Source: Eledone cirrhosa
Lineage: Eukaryota
Length of the DNA: 64,000 nt
NCBI GenBank assembly: GCA_964016885.1
Contig: OZ024748.1
Location: 2,294,001 to 2,358,000, forward strand
Direction: 5' to 3'
Part shown: in pieces, positions 41,472 to 55,340 of the stretch
Numbering within the stretch: the stretch's first letter is position 1
Layout: every line of letters starts with the position of its first letter
Position numbers and translations under genes: made by a program
The notes under the pieces: generated by a model
What the model saw: the letters and a program-made list of their open reading frames with translations, nothing else
Databases searched by the model: none
What the model was told of the DNA's origin: nothing

Positions 41472-43509
41472 TATATATACACATGTACTTCCGTGTGTCA
41501 ACAATTTTGTATGGAAATCCATCAGAGATGTTAAGTACCGATATTGGTAACAAAACTCATTAATACAACAAACTAGTTTTAATATAAGGAGTGTGCTGCT
41601 GAAACGCTTTAATTTACCTCAGAAAAAACAACAACAAAAAAAATTTATAAAAGCAAAAAGAACTCAATGTTTTTACTGTAAACGGTTCTAGAAAGAGACT
41701 CTATCTCTCTCTAAACACCACCTCTTTTATTTTTACTCCTAATCACTGTTTTATAAATTAACACTGTCAAGTTGTTATTGTCATGCTTCACTTGTACTGA
41801 TATCAAAGGGAGTATGTAACATAGATGGAAGAAACATGGCCACAGGCTGGTAATTCTGTATATTATCATTGAACGTAAAAGGAGAGTAAGATTTGCTGGC
41901 CATTGCCATCGTGCCACCTATGAGGTTGTGTCCCCCATTAGGGCTTTGGAAACCACAAACAGTCACTAATAACAGGGGCTGCAAGCTCTCCTATCCCGAT
42001 GTCATCTCCAGAGATTCTGGTAATGAATGACAGACCCACGTGGAAATCAATTGATGATGATCTTCTATCATCTCTACATTGAACGGTTGTTATTGATGAA
42101 CAAAGTTGTGTTGATTGGCGAAAATCTATAATAACTAGTAAAGGGATGTATGTACTGTGTTCGCTGTGAATGTGTATTGTGGCTGTGAGGTGAACACATA
42201 GGTCATCATCTTAGTAAACATGTTTCATTGAACATCCTGCTTTGCGGCAGAGCGTTATGGCCCTTTATGTTCTGAGTTCAAATCCAGCCAAAGTTTGCTT
42301 TACCTTTTATCCTTCCAGGGTCGATAAAATAAAGTACCAGTAATGCACTGAGGTCGATTTAGTCGACTTTACCCACCCCTAAAATTGCTGGCCTTGTGCC
42401 TACAGTAGAAACCAATATTTTTAATATTAATGTTAACATAACAACACAGCTTATGTGGATTGGCTAAAAACAGATAATGAACATGCTGGTAAACATGTAT
42501 TGATGCTGTTAGGTAAAGAGGTGAACACATCATCGTCAATGTTCTGTTAACATGATGAGAGAGCATATGTGGATCTGTCGAGTGGACATGTTAGATGAAC
42601 ATTAAGATACACATCTTCTAAGTGAAGACATATCATTGGTGAACATCTGGTAAAGATTCTAGATGAATGGCTATTATTGTTGTTAGATGAACAATGTTTG
42701 TTGAACACTGCTGTAAGGTGAACGCATGGCATCATCTAAGAAGACATAGGTGAACATATGTTATTGCTCTTAGGTGAACAATGTTTATTCAGATGAACAC
42801 ATGGCATCATTTAACTAAACATGGTTCATTGATACATTAACATGCTGAGAGAGTTTTTTGTGGATCTTTTGAAGGCAGATAATAAGCATGTTGGTAAACA
42901 TGTAGTATCTGTGAGATAAACATGTCTCATAGGTGATGTTAACATGCCAAGAGAGCTCATGTGGCTCTGTTAACCCTTTAACATTTACATTACTCTATAT
43001 ATACTATTATATTTTCATGGTAAAGACTTTATCTCACATAATATTAAATCTATAAGATTTTGATATTATTTATTTTGAGAACAATACCTTAACATTAGTA
43101 TGAGTGGCCAATTACAGCTGGTTTAAATGCTAAAGGGTTAAAAGAATTCAATGTACATGCTGGTAGACATGTTAATAAGATACATATCTTCAAAGTGAAT
43201 ATGTGTCCAATTTATATATATGTTGATATATGTCAATGCCAGGTTAACATGTGGCATATGCTAAGTAACCTATCATTATTTTACTGTCCTGCTAACAATA
43301 ATGCAAAACTTCCTTGTAGTAACGATTGTCATATGAACTAATTATTAAAAACAAACAAAAAAAAAATAGAAAAGAAAACTTTGAAACAAAAATAACGCAA
43401 ATATTGTTTGATTAGGATTTTTTTTTTAAATCGAAATATGAAACTAATAATTTTTTTTTTTTTTCATTGGAGAAATCTTAGTAATTCTACAAGATTAGAG
43501 AGATATTTA

Positions 43510-43770
43510 AAGTACAGATTTAACACACAGTAATAGTGTCTTGTGTGTAAATCTACACATTGGAGTACAGATTTAACGCAGTGGCAACACTGTATTGTGT
43601 GTAAACCTACACATTGGAGTACAGATTTAACACAGTAGCAACACTGTGTTGTGTGTAAACCTACACATTGGAGTACAGATTTAACACAGTGGCAACACTG
43701 TGTTGTGTGTAAACCTACACATTGGAGTACAGATTTAACACAGTAGCAACACTGTGTTGTGTGTAAACCT
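43510..43770. repeat. 54-bp minisatellite, ~5 units, with an internal hairpin
   Basis: Unit TACACATTGGAGTACAGATTTAACACAGTGGCAACACTGTGTTGTGTGTAAACC. Confidence 0.9.
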
Positions 43771-44446
43771 ATTTTATTTGGTAAAACATTTTTGGACTAC
43801 TTACAATGGTAACCATTGAAATCAAAATAACAAACCCAATTGAACTAATTATTATTGAACGTATGCTGAATGTGTTTACAGTGTTTTGTTTCCAATATTT
43901 CAGTACTGAGCACAAGAAAGACGAAAGGACAATAGCCTTATAGTTGAACATGAAAAGACGGTTTGAGAAAAATGTACAATATATATATATATATACATAC
44001 ATAAACACACACATATGTGTGTATATATATATGCATTCACACATAGGTGTGTACACATCTATATACACATCTATGTATGCATATATGAATATACATATAT
44101 GAATATACATATATGTATATACATATATGTATATACATGTATATGTATATATATATGTATATACATGTATATGCATACATATGTATATGCATTTATATGT
44201 ATATGCCTGTATATATATACATATCGGCTTTTTAAAACTTATCAGTCATTTATTACATATCTTACAATGCTTCATATTAACTATACTAATATATGTATAT
44301 ATATACGCATGTGTGTATATATATATATATATACACGTGTATATATATACATGTATATATATAAGTATATGTAAAAGAAATCAAAGAACGCCTACATACT
44401 CATAGAATGGTCTACGTAAATAAATATATATAAGTATATACATGTG

Positions 44447-44489
<43 letters not shown>

Positions 44490-46609
44490 ATGTATGTATA
44501 AATAAGTATATACATATATAAATACACATATGTATATATATATATGGCCCCATAACTCCTGATGAAGCCATATTGACATATGGCGTTTCTAGAGCATTTT
44601 ACAACCTGGCAATGTCCATCTCCTCTCCAGGCCTGAGTACAGCAGATTTCTTCCAGGGAAAGATAGAGAGGGAGAGAGAGGAAATGATAAAGAGATAAAG
44701 GGGAAGAATTGACCCCAGTACTTGACTGGTACTTTTCTTTATTGAGCTCGAATGGATTGAAAGTATATATGTACATGTATTTATATATATATATAAATGT
44801 ATATATACATATATATATATGTGTATATACATATATATGTATGTATATATACATATATACATACATATATATGTATATATATATAGATATGTATGCATAT
44901 ATACATACATATGTATGTATATATATATATTTACATACATAAATATATATATTTATGTATATACATATACATGTATATATATTTATCTATGTATATATAT
45001 ACATGTATATTATATATGCACACACATTTATATACACGTGTATATGTATACATCTATTTATATGTGTATGCATATATGTATACATCTATTTATGTGTGTG
45101 TGCATATAGGTAAATTGTCTGTGTGTTTGGATCTGTACACACACACACATACATATATATATAGAAAGAGAAACACACAAGAAAGTTTAAAAAATAAAGT
45201 CTTCGAGAAATTTAATCCTATAATTATCACCTGTTGTTGTTCCATGTTCAAGAGGAAGATTTTTTACATTTTCTCTCATGTAATTTGGCTCTTAGAATCT
45301 GCACAAATACTATTCCCATTTATCAATATAATAAGAGCTGTAATTCATATAAGTCTTTCGGACATCTTCATTTAAGTATTTATTTTTGGCTATTTTTTGT
45401 TAATTTAGTTGGACTATATTATATAATATAATAATTTTCGGAAAAAAAAATTATAAATACATATATATATATATACATATATATACATATGTATATATAT
45501 ACATATGTATATATATACATATATATATATATACACACACACATATATATACACATACATATATGTATATATATATATATATAAATACACATGTCCATCA
45601 AATAAACACACATTAAAAAAAATTATATATATATACATATACATAAATATAAATATATATATATATAGAAAATACCAAAAAAGAATGTTCTGGAATTCCA
45701 ATCTATCTGTTGTAGTGGAATGGTGATCACTAACTTTGCCAGTAGCTAGTATACTAATATGTAGCCGACCTGATGATATTTAGAAGTCTACAATTAATAA
45801 TAATCGTATTTACGAAGCATTCAGTGAATTTTGAATGCATATTGACTCAATATAAGCTACTTCAATACAGTATTTTTTTGACTGAGAAATAGTTGAACAA
45901 GTTTATACATATATATATATATATATGCACATATATAGATATAAGCATGTATACATACCGGCTTTTTGAAACTTAGTCATTTATTGCATGTCTTACAATG
46001 CTTCGTATTAACTATACTAATATATGTATATACAAGGTGTCCCCCAAAAATGTATATATACTTTGATTACCTGTACACGCAATATTTATTAGAATACTGT
46101 TGAAGTGTGTATATATATTTGGGGGATACCCTGTATATATATGTATATGTGTATATATACACACTTATATATATGTATGTATCTGTAAGTATATACATAC
46201 TTATATATATGGTTATATATATACACATATAAGCCCAAAAGAAGTGGATAACAGCACCTGTTTTTGTCTCTATGATTTTACAGGCACAACTTGTTTGACT
46301 ATTTTTCATAATCCACCCAAATAAAAACATTGAATCAGCTTCCATTAAGTTAAGATACAGTCAAACTAATAATAATAACAATACTAATCCTCAAACTTAC
46401 TCATGAGGACATGCTTAGATGTTGAGAAAATTCTTTTCCACATGCTCACTTACTTTGATTGTTCAAAAGAAACTTTATAATGTATATTATTGTACATAAT
46501 TTTGTCAATATGTTGTTCTGTTGAAATATAAATATTAAAACTGTATTTTCTTCTACGTATTTTGTCTGACTTTCAGTTTGTTTTTATTAAGTTATTTTTT
46601 TATCTAAAC

Positions 46610-46929
46610 CAGTGATTCCCAACGTGGGCTACTGTACACCCCACAAAGGAGCAATTTGAATATTTAAGGGGGCCATTTGAAAATGATGTTAATGAGAACA
46701 AGCCTTAAATTTTACATTATTACTTTTACCCCAAGGCAAATTTGGTACATATTACTGTAAGAAACTCAGGTCTCACCTCCTCCATATGTTATTGAGCATT
46801 TAGCACCACTTATACATCAATTTGTTTACACTTTGCAATTGTTAATTGCTGTTTTCATGTCAAAGGGGGACATAACAATTTTTTAGATGTTGAGGTGGGG
46901 CATAGTGTACAAAAGGTTGGGATTCACTG
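46610..46929. mobile_element. hAT (Charlie-like) MITE with 8-bp target site duplication
   Basis: TIRs CAGTGATTCCCAAC / GTTGGGATTCACTG; flanks ATCTAAAC (46602-46609) and ATCTAAAT (46930-46937). Confidence 0.85.
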
Positions 46930-47560
46930 ATCTAAATATTCTACCAGAACACTTATATATGTATATATTGTATTTGTGTTGCATGGTTTAACTATCAAGA
47001 GTTTGTTACCCGGGTTTGGAGTGAAATGCTTCAATGAAAGTATGGGAAAGCTGGATTTCAGTAAATTTCTTTATTGCTACATAATAATATACACATTTCT
47101 GTGGCCAGCTTGCGTCATCAAGCAATAACAATAGGTGACATTATCACATGTTAAGAATATAAAATATTTAGTTAAGTAATGTTTACTGAATCACAGCAAA
47201 ATATAAAGAATTGATACAGAGGCAGTGATGCTACCAGCGGGACAGCCAGCCTCCATATATGTATTTATATTACATATGGGTATATATTATAATATATATC
47301 TACCTATACATACATAGATATATATCTATATACACATATAAATGTTTATTGTAAAATGGATACGAATTACTAAAATCAAAGGTTTGCATCCTTTTTCTTT
47401 ATTTCCAGAAACAGATATATCGTGCAATCTTGATGTTAGTATATTTACTTACATATTAATTGTTCTGTATATATGTACAAAACACTAGAAGTTTCTAAAT
47501 TAATATATATATATATATAAGGAAGTGAATGAAATATATTCATACACACATAAGTATGCA

Positions 47561-47776
47561 TTAACCCTTTAGCATTCAAATCGGCCATATCCAGCTAGAA
47601 AAGTCTCACCTCTTTCTGTTCAAACCAGTTGAAACTGGCTGCTTTTACTGATGTTAAGGTATTGTTCTCAAAATAAATAACACCAAAATCTCATAGATTT
47701 GATATTATGTAAGATAAAGTGTTTACTACAAAAATACAATAGTATATATAGAGTAATGTGAATGCTAAAGGGTTAA
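47561..47776. mobile_element. piggyBac-like MITE
   Basis: TTAA-CCCTTTAGCATT...AATGCTAAAGGG-TTAA; related copies at ~1230-1510, ~37100-37308 and ~42970-43142 (reverse). Confidence 0.8.
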
Positions 47777-48190
47777 GATGTATCAAAGCTTAAGATAGTC
47801 TTAATCTTTAATATATATTTCAATCACTTTCTGATAATGATTAAGGCTTGATTTTATTCTCTGAATTCTAGCTTCAGCTGTTTTTAGAGACAAGACATAT
47901 GTTTGATTTTGTATCATTCATGACACCCTTTACTTTGAATGTAATAATAATTGTTTCTACTTTTGGCACAAGGCCAGCAATTATCCCAGTGTATTACTGG
48001 TACTTTATTTTATCGACCCCGTAAGGATGAAAGGCAAAGTTAACCTCGGCGGGTTTTGAACTCAGATCATAAAAGGCCGACCCTCTACCGATACTGCCAA
48101 TCCATCGCCCTGAAAGTAATAATAATAATAATTATATATATATACAATATATTAAATAAATGGAAACTATATTTATAAAACCATATTTAT

Positions 48191-48246
48191 TCTATTATAT
48201 ATATTTCAAAGGTACCAAAAACTTTGGTACGCTTTCATCAGATAAA
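48191..48246 (-). ncRNA. Type I hammerhead ribozyme motif (mirror copy)
   Basis: Reverse-complement copy of 48392-48447 in the other palindrome arm. Confidence 0.7.
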
Positions 48247-48391
48247 ATACAAAGTGTGTTTTATAAATTTTGACATAGCCAAGGAACATACCTTATCAGT
48301 TGAAGTATTCCTTGGACTGATAAGGTATGTTCCTTCAACTAATAAGGTATGTTCCTTGGCTATGTCAAAATTTATAAAACACACTTTGTAT

Positions 48392-48447
48392 TTTATCTGA
48401 TGAAAGCGTACCAAAGTTTTTGGTACCCTTGAAATATATATAATAGA
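48392..48447 (+). ncRNA. Type I hammerhead ribozyme motif
   Basis: UUUAU-CUGAUGA-AAGCGUACCAAA guu UUUGGUACCCUU-GAAA-UAUAUA-UA-AUAGA. Confidence 0.75.
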
Positions 48448-50276
48448 ATAAATATGGTTTTATAAATATAGTTTCCATTTATTTAATATCATTGATTATT
48501 TACTCCAAAATCTGTCGAGTGCTTTGAATCAGTTATAAACATTTATATTTGTTGAATTATCAACAGATTGAATATCCCTTCTGCTTATATATATATATAT
48601 ATATAAGAACCCTAGAGCAAATATATATTAAAAATTAATCTGTTATTTATATATATATATATATAAACAGAATGAGAGTGTGGTAACACACGGGATATGT
48701 TTCTTTCCGTTTCTATATTCTTTTTTTGTTTTAATAAATAATATTTTAGGCATAAGTATGGCTCCTTTCCTTAGTAAAATTGCGATTTCGCGAGGCGCCG
48801 CACGTAGCGGTTTAGACTTCGTCGCCTACTTATGTATGGCGTGACCATTCTATGTGTCTGAAGATCGAATCGTTGCGTGGGCATAGCGACCGTGACTATT
48901 GCAGATTGGCTACATGCTGGACCAAGCTAGGAAACGTTTTTTGTTCTAAATTTCATTAGAGTTATCTCCCTTTATTTTAATTACTTCCTGTTAATAGAAT
49001 TCTGAAAAGGCGACTTCTTCGATTTACATCGGTACCTTGAAAAAAATTATTCTGGATACCGTTTTCATGTAAAGAGTTATGTAACATTTTGTTTTACTTG
49101 CCGTGTATATCGGGACTACTCTTTCTTCTAAATAAAACTATATACATACATATAATTCTCACATGTATAACAGGCTTTACATTTTCTTTACACAAAATGT
49201 TTTGTAGCCAATTTGTACTTGAAACCTGTTTATCTTTAATAAAACGTTGGTATATAGTGTCTTGAGGTTTAGTTTTCTCTTAGAAGAAAGTATATATACC
49301 TCTAGATTACTGTATATAAACACGTTAGCAATGTTACGTTTATATATATATATAGTGTCTGTGTTTCTTAGAAAGGAAAGGTATTTTACTGTATAGAAAA
49401 GGCTTAGTTATTTCCTTCACTAGATAATATTGGTGTTACAGCTGTGTAATCTTGCATATATTAATTTCAACTCTTCTATATCTGCTTGGTTTCTTTCCAT
49501 AGACGATGTTGAAAGACGAACCTGGTGTGGCCAGCCGACATATATAGTTTGAAGAAATGAAAAAAGAACAACAAAAAAGTGGTTTATTTGATTTTATTTA
49601 TTTCACATTTTTGTTTCTAGACAAGACATAAGTATATATAGAGTATTAATGTCTCTGGAAACTCTATATATATAGAGTATTAATGTCTCTGGATACTCTA
49701 TAGAGACAGTTAGCTCTGTTATTTCTTAGAAGAAAGTATGTATATAGAGAAGCTTTAGCTTAATTTCTTATCTCCACACTAAGGGTTAGTTTCTTATCTC
49801 CACACTAAGGGTTAGTTTCTTATCTACACACTAAGGGTTAGTTTCTTATCTACACACCAAGGGTTAGTTTCTTAGAAGTATGTACTATATAGAGAGAAGT
49901 ATTAATGTCTCTAGATATAAAACAAATAAGTTTGATATATTCTTTTATTTACCTTTCTTCGAAGATCGAAGTAACAACTTCCTGTATAGAGAGATGTTTC
50001 TTAGAGCTATATATTATTTTTTTTAGGCAACTTTATAAAGTTTAGCTTCATTTCTTAGAAGTATGTACCTATATACAAAGCATTAATAAAGATGTTCGAT
50101 TTCCTCTGTAGCGTCATGTATCTCTAGATGCTGTATAAGGTTTCTTAAAAGATATGTAGTGTATATACATGAAAATTTAGTTTCACCTATATAGAGATGA
50201 AAGTTTACTTACCTTTCTTTGGAGAAGTAATGTGTGTCTCTAGATACTGTATAAATTTTCTTTACATTCCATGTTA

Positions 50277-50336
50277 TTCTTTCTGACGACTGAAGACAGA
50301 TATAAATATGTCTTCAAGAAACCACTGGTAAATGAA
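50277..50336 (+). ncRNA. Probable type I hammerhead motif, slightly decayed
   Basis: UUCUUU-CUGACGA-C UGAAGACA (10 nt) UGUCUUCA A-GAAA-CCACUGG-UA-AAUGAA: 8-bp stem II, intact boxes, one mismatch in stem I. Confidence 0.5.
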
Positions 50337-51730
50337 TTAATTATCTTATGTTGTTTATTACATAACTAAAAAGCTATGTAGCCTACATAGAGCACTCTCT
50401 TTTCCGTTACTTCATTTATATACAAGAAAATTTGGCTTCATTTCTTAGAAGTAGTTACCTACAGAGATGAAAGTATTATGTGTATGTATGTCAACAAAGA
50501 AGTTTAAATTCTTTTTATTTACCCATCTTCCAAGAAGTAATGTGTATATAAATGTAGCTTTAGATACTATAGTAAGTTTCTTAAAAGAATGCATACGTGT
50601 GTGTTCGAGAGGAACTTTAGTTATCTACAAAAAAAATTTAGATTCATTTCTTAGAAGTACGTACCCATATATATATAGAGAGAGAGAAGAAAGTATTAAT
50701 GTATGTCTCTAGATATTATAAAACAACAACCAAGTTTGATTTATTCTTTTATTTCATAGTTTATTTACCATTCTTCGAAGATGGAAGTACAACTTCCTGT
50801 ATACTGTATAGAGACGGTTCAGTTTCATTTCTTGGCAGGTCTGGTATAGTTTCCTAGAAAGAAAATATGTATATATACAGTTTGTAATGTAAAGAAGGTT
50901 TAACTTCTTAGAGCTACATGTAGATAGAAATTATCTAGTTTCCTGGAAGAGAGTATGTTTATAAAGAAGCTATATATAATAAAATGTAGCCATGAGTGTG
51001 TATAGAGAGAAGCTTTAGTTATATTTCTTAGAAGAGGTATATATAGTGTATCTACAAGAAAATTTAGCTTCATTTCTTTAACAAAATAGTATGGATATAG
51101 TATCAAGAGAAGGCTTACCTATGTTTCTTAGAAGTTTTTATATAAATGTAGCATCAAGAGAAGGCTTACCTATGTTTCTTAGAAGTTTTTATATAAATGT
51201 AGCTTTCATGTGTGTACATCTCTAGATATATATACAAGATGATGATGCTCTAGAATGGCTTAACAGAGGAGTTTCAGACTAGCTGAATCGGTGAAAGAAA
51301 TAGATAAACGTGTGTGTGCACAAAGTTTCAGTATCGTATAAATAAAGAAGTTTAGTTTCTTATGTGTATATATTAAGATTTTGTTTCTTAGAAGAAAACT
51401 CTTTAGTTGTGATTTTTAGAATAGCAACAACAGAAAAATGTGGTTTATTTATTTAACATTTTCGTTTCTAAACAAGACAGAAGTATATACACATGTGTAT
51501 ATAGACAAGTATTAGTGTTTATAGATACTACACATAGAGACAGTTAGCTCTGTTGTTTCAAGTAATATATAACTGTGTGTATTTAAAGAAAGTATAATAT
51601 AAAGGAAGCTGTTTAGTTGTGATTTTTAGAATAACCATGGTATATGTCTATTTTTAACTTAGAAAAAAGCCACAGAGGTAATAAAATGTAGCTGTATGGT
51701 TTAGTCTTTTTAGAAGAAAATGTAAAGCTT

Positions 51731-52940
51731 AATAAGGTAACCTTCTTCCCTATCTTGTGTCTGAGAAACTTTATTTGAAGTTGGTGAAAATATTGACAAG
51801 TCGACCCCCTTCTATTCTTGTATATCATATTATATATGTACAAAATACTTGTAGTTCCTTAATGGCTATATACCCTGTTATATATGTACAAAATACCAGT
51901 AGTTCTTCAATGGCTATATATCCTGTTATATATAGAAACGGAATGACAGTGAGATAACACTCGGAATATGTCGTGTTATCTCGCTCTTTCCGTTTCTATA
52001 TTTTTTTTTAAAAAGAAAGAAAATGTTTAGCCATAAGTATGACTATCTGACTCAGTAGAATTGCGGCTTGTGCGTGGCGCTGCACGTAGCGTTTCTGGCT
52101 TCGCTGTCGTACTTATGTATGGCTGACCACTCTATCGTGTCTGAAGTTCGAATCGTTGCGGGGGCCAGCCGGGACTATTAGCAGGCTGGCTTTATGCTGG
52201 CCTGCGTCCCCCTCGCATAAGCTTTTGCTAAAAAATTCGATTAGAGTTATCTCCCCGTTAATTGAATTATTTGCCCTTTGTTTATTGAACTCTTCTCTCT
52301 TTGTTGTCATTTCACTTTAGTGTATTGAAGTGGTAACATCATTCTATTTACGGGACGTTCACTTTGGATTTTACGTTTGTGTAAAGAGGTATGTAAAGTT
52401 TTAATACATTGTTAACATACACACACAGTTCTCCATTATATACACTCTTTCTTGTAATCAACTCCGTTGATATTCTTGAGACATAAAAATACATATTACT
52501 ATCCTGTATACAGATATAGAGATATACATACGGTGTTTTAAAATATGAATGTGCATATTAAAACAGTATTCTAGTAAGTATGTATACATATGTCTAGAAA
52601 TAAAAGTGTATATACATAACTTCTTACAGATAAATCTATAATACAGTATTCTTGTGTCTTTCTTTCTGTGTAAATATAGAATAGTAGATATTGTTGAGAC
52701 GCAGAAATATATAAACATTCTTCACTATATACACACCTGTGTATATAGCTTCACTATATACACACTTGTGTATGTAGTAAATAATGTAATATTTTATAAA
52801 CCTCTCTAGAGATATACATACGTCTTTTAAATTAATTTCTTGTAGATAGTGTTGAGACACACATAAAGCTATTTATATATATACTTTCTTCTAGGCGTAG
52901 ATATTTTAAGAATCATAACTAAAACTTCTTTATATAGGAA
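51731..52940. repeat. Left arm of a ~1.2 kb inverted repeat
   Basis: Near-identical reverse complement of ~56655-57866; mirrored ORFs 52113..52310/57289..57486, 52458..52718/56881..57141 and 51757..51957/57642..57842. Confidence 0.95.
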
Positions 52941-54804
52941 AATATCTTCTGAGAAACTAAACTAATTCGTCTTTGAACACTATATATACTTTCAATTAAA
53001 TGTAACCAACCCTATATACACACATCTTTTTATGTCGAGTTACTTCGCCATCTGTGAATTTCAGATCACTTCCAGGTCTACCTTTACTCCGGCATCCTCT
53101 CTTTAACTATTAAGCAACAACTAGAATACTTCCATTTACTACTGGTACTTTGGATAATTCACCATTGAGAAGACGAACTCTATTGTTCCTTCTCATAACT
53201 CTATACAGTATCTAGAGGTATATAAGAAACAGTAATTTTATAGAATACATCCTCTCGCTATATAAACATCATACACACGTGTTCTTTGAGAATTGCTAGA
53301 TACTGTGTATTATATAATATAAATGTAGCTCTAAGTTAAATATCTTTACATACACCATGTACAAGAAACTACTACTTTTCCTTTACTTGTGTATATATAC
53401 ATACTTGAACTAAACTGTTCATGATAGACATATATACTAACATAGCTCTACGTATATACACAAAGTCGTTTGCCTTGATGAAATAAAACCACGTAGGATT
53501 TTCTTTAATTAATTAGTTAGAAAGTTCTATATATCATCAGGACAAAGTATCCTCCTGTGTATAGAGATTTAATTTTGTTATTAGAAGGAATATTTTACTA
53601 TATAGATGAAGGTTTAGTTTCTTTCTGTATACAATGTTGATGTGTAATCTTAACTGTTTATATTAATATCTTCTTTGTCTCTTTCCAGGTTTGTTGAAGA
53701 TCTTGGTCAGCCTACCGCAGTATGCGTGTATATATACACACGGTTTGAAGAAATAAAGAAATCACAAAACAAAATATTTATTGCCTTTTATTTCACAGAA
53801 GAGGTCTACAGTATCTAGAGGATAAGTTTATAAACAACAGGTATGTAATTAGAGTGCAGTAAAGAAAGATATATAACTTCTTGGAGCTACATTTATAATA
53901 TAAATGTGCATATTAAAACAGTATTCTAGTAAGTATGTATACATATGTCTAGAAATAGAAGTGTATATACATAACTTCTTAGATAAATCTATAATACAGT
54001 ATTCTTGTCTTTCTTTCTGTGTATATATAGAATAGAAAATCTTTACTCAGGTATTAATATGATAGAATTCAGTTTCATATATACCTGTGCATACAATGTT
54101 TATTATAGAGAGTGTATCTAGCGAGGAACATCTTAGGAAGACAGAGGTATATATGGTTCTGCATACTGTACTCTATTGAACACAGCTTCCTATATATATA
54201 ATTGTTTCTACTTTTGGCACAAGGCCAGCAATTGCCCAGTGTATTACTGGTACTTTATTTTATCGACCCCGTAAGGAGGAAAGGCAAAGTTAACCTTGGC
54301 AGGATTTGAACTCAGAATGGCAGTAACTCTATGCGTCAAAGCATGGCGTCCGACCCTCTGCCAATAATAAAATGCAGCTCTATGTATAGAGATCTATTTA
54401 CCTGTCTCTCTAAGAAACTGAATATACATCTAGAGTTTCATATAAGTATATGTAAAAGTTTAATTTCTTACACTATAATATTTTCTCATACAATTATGTA
54501 TTTCAGTTATCTTCTGCCAAGAGAAGGTTTAGAGCTACATTTAGACGTCTAGGGAATTAATTAGAGGTGTGTCATACCAAAGTCAATTAGAGAGGTGTCA
54601 TACAAAAGATTGGTGCAGTAGCATCATTGTCAACTGCTACAAAGGTAAAGGTGATGCACTAGATATAGGAAACTATAGAGGTATAAAGCTGGTGGACCAG
54701 GTCATGAAAGTAACAGAGTTATAGCACAGTTGATTAGGGACCAGGTGAAAATAGACAAGATGCAATTTGGGTTTGTACCAAATATACGCGAACGACAAAG
54801 CATA

Positions 54805-55340
54805 AATTAATTGAGAGAGAGACTGAGCATAAGAGGAATCAAATGCTGTGTGCAGGAGAGGCGGTTGCGTTGGTATAGACATGTGATGCGTATGAAGGAT
54901 GACAGCTGCATAAAAAGGTGCAGAGCACTAGAAGTCGATGGAAACCGCGGAGTGGGGAGACCCAAGAAGACCTGGGATGAAGTGATAAAAGCCGACCTTA
55001 CCCAATTACACCTCTCAAAGGCGATGACACACGACTGTGACCTCTGGCGTCACACAGTAATACAGAGTACCTGACTTCCCATGGGTACAAGCTGAAGCAT
55101 ATAGACAATATGCCCCCACACCCTCTCACTGCAAAGTGGTCGTGGAGGTGCCACGGAAAAAAGCACCTAGCACTTACTGTAAATGAGGTTGGTGTTAGGA
55201 AGGGCATCCAGCTGTAGAAATCAAGCCAAAATCAGTTCCTGTATGAGCAAGGCATGGTCAGCCGACCAGACACTGCCCACAACAGGAAAACCCGTCTAAC
55301 CCATGCTAGCGTGGAAGAACGGACGTAAAACGGTGATGAT
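54805..55340 (+). mobile_element. RTE-type LINE 3' end with 3' tail
   Basis: LRERLSIRGIKCCVQERRLRWYRHVMRM...GNRGVGRPKKTWDEVIKADL...DLWR; the downstream tail also occurs reversed at ~13005-13190 and ~23215-23415. Similar decayed RT tails at ~8770-8890(-), ~31900-32180(-), ~62740-63000(-). Confidence 0.85.

Larger units (their letters stand above)
48149..48489. repeat. 341-bp near-perfect palindrome (inverted PLE pLTR pair)
   Basis: Arms of ~150 bp are reverse complements with very few mismatches; same family as 36275-36395 and 61200-61310. Confidence 0.9.

Noticed and set aside
52140-52160. GTTCGAATC B-box suggesting a tRNA gene
   Set aside because: No cloverleaf or convincing A-box, and the homologous copy reads GATCGAATC.
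52113-52310. Identical 65-aa ORF duplicated at 57289..57486
   Set aside because: Identity only reflects the recent inverted repeat; the diverged copy at ~48750-48980 has frame-breaking indels.
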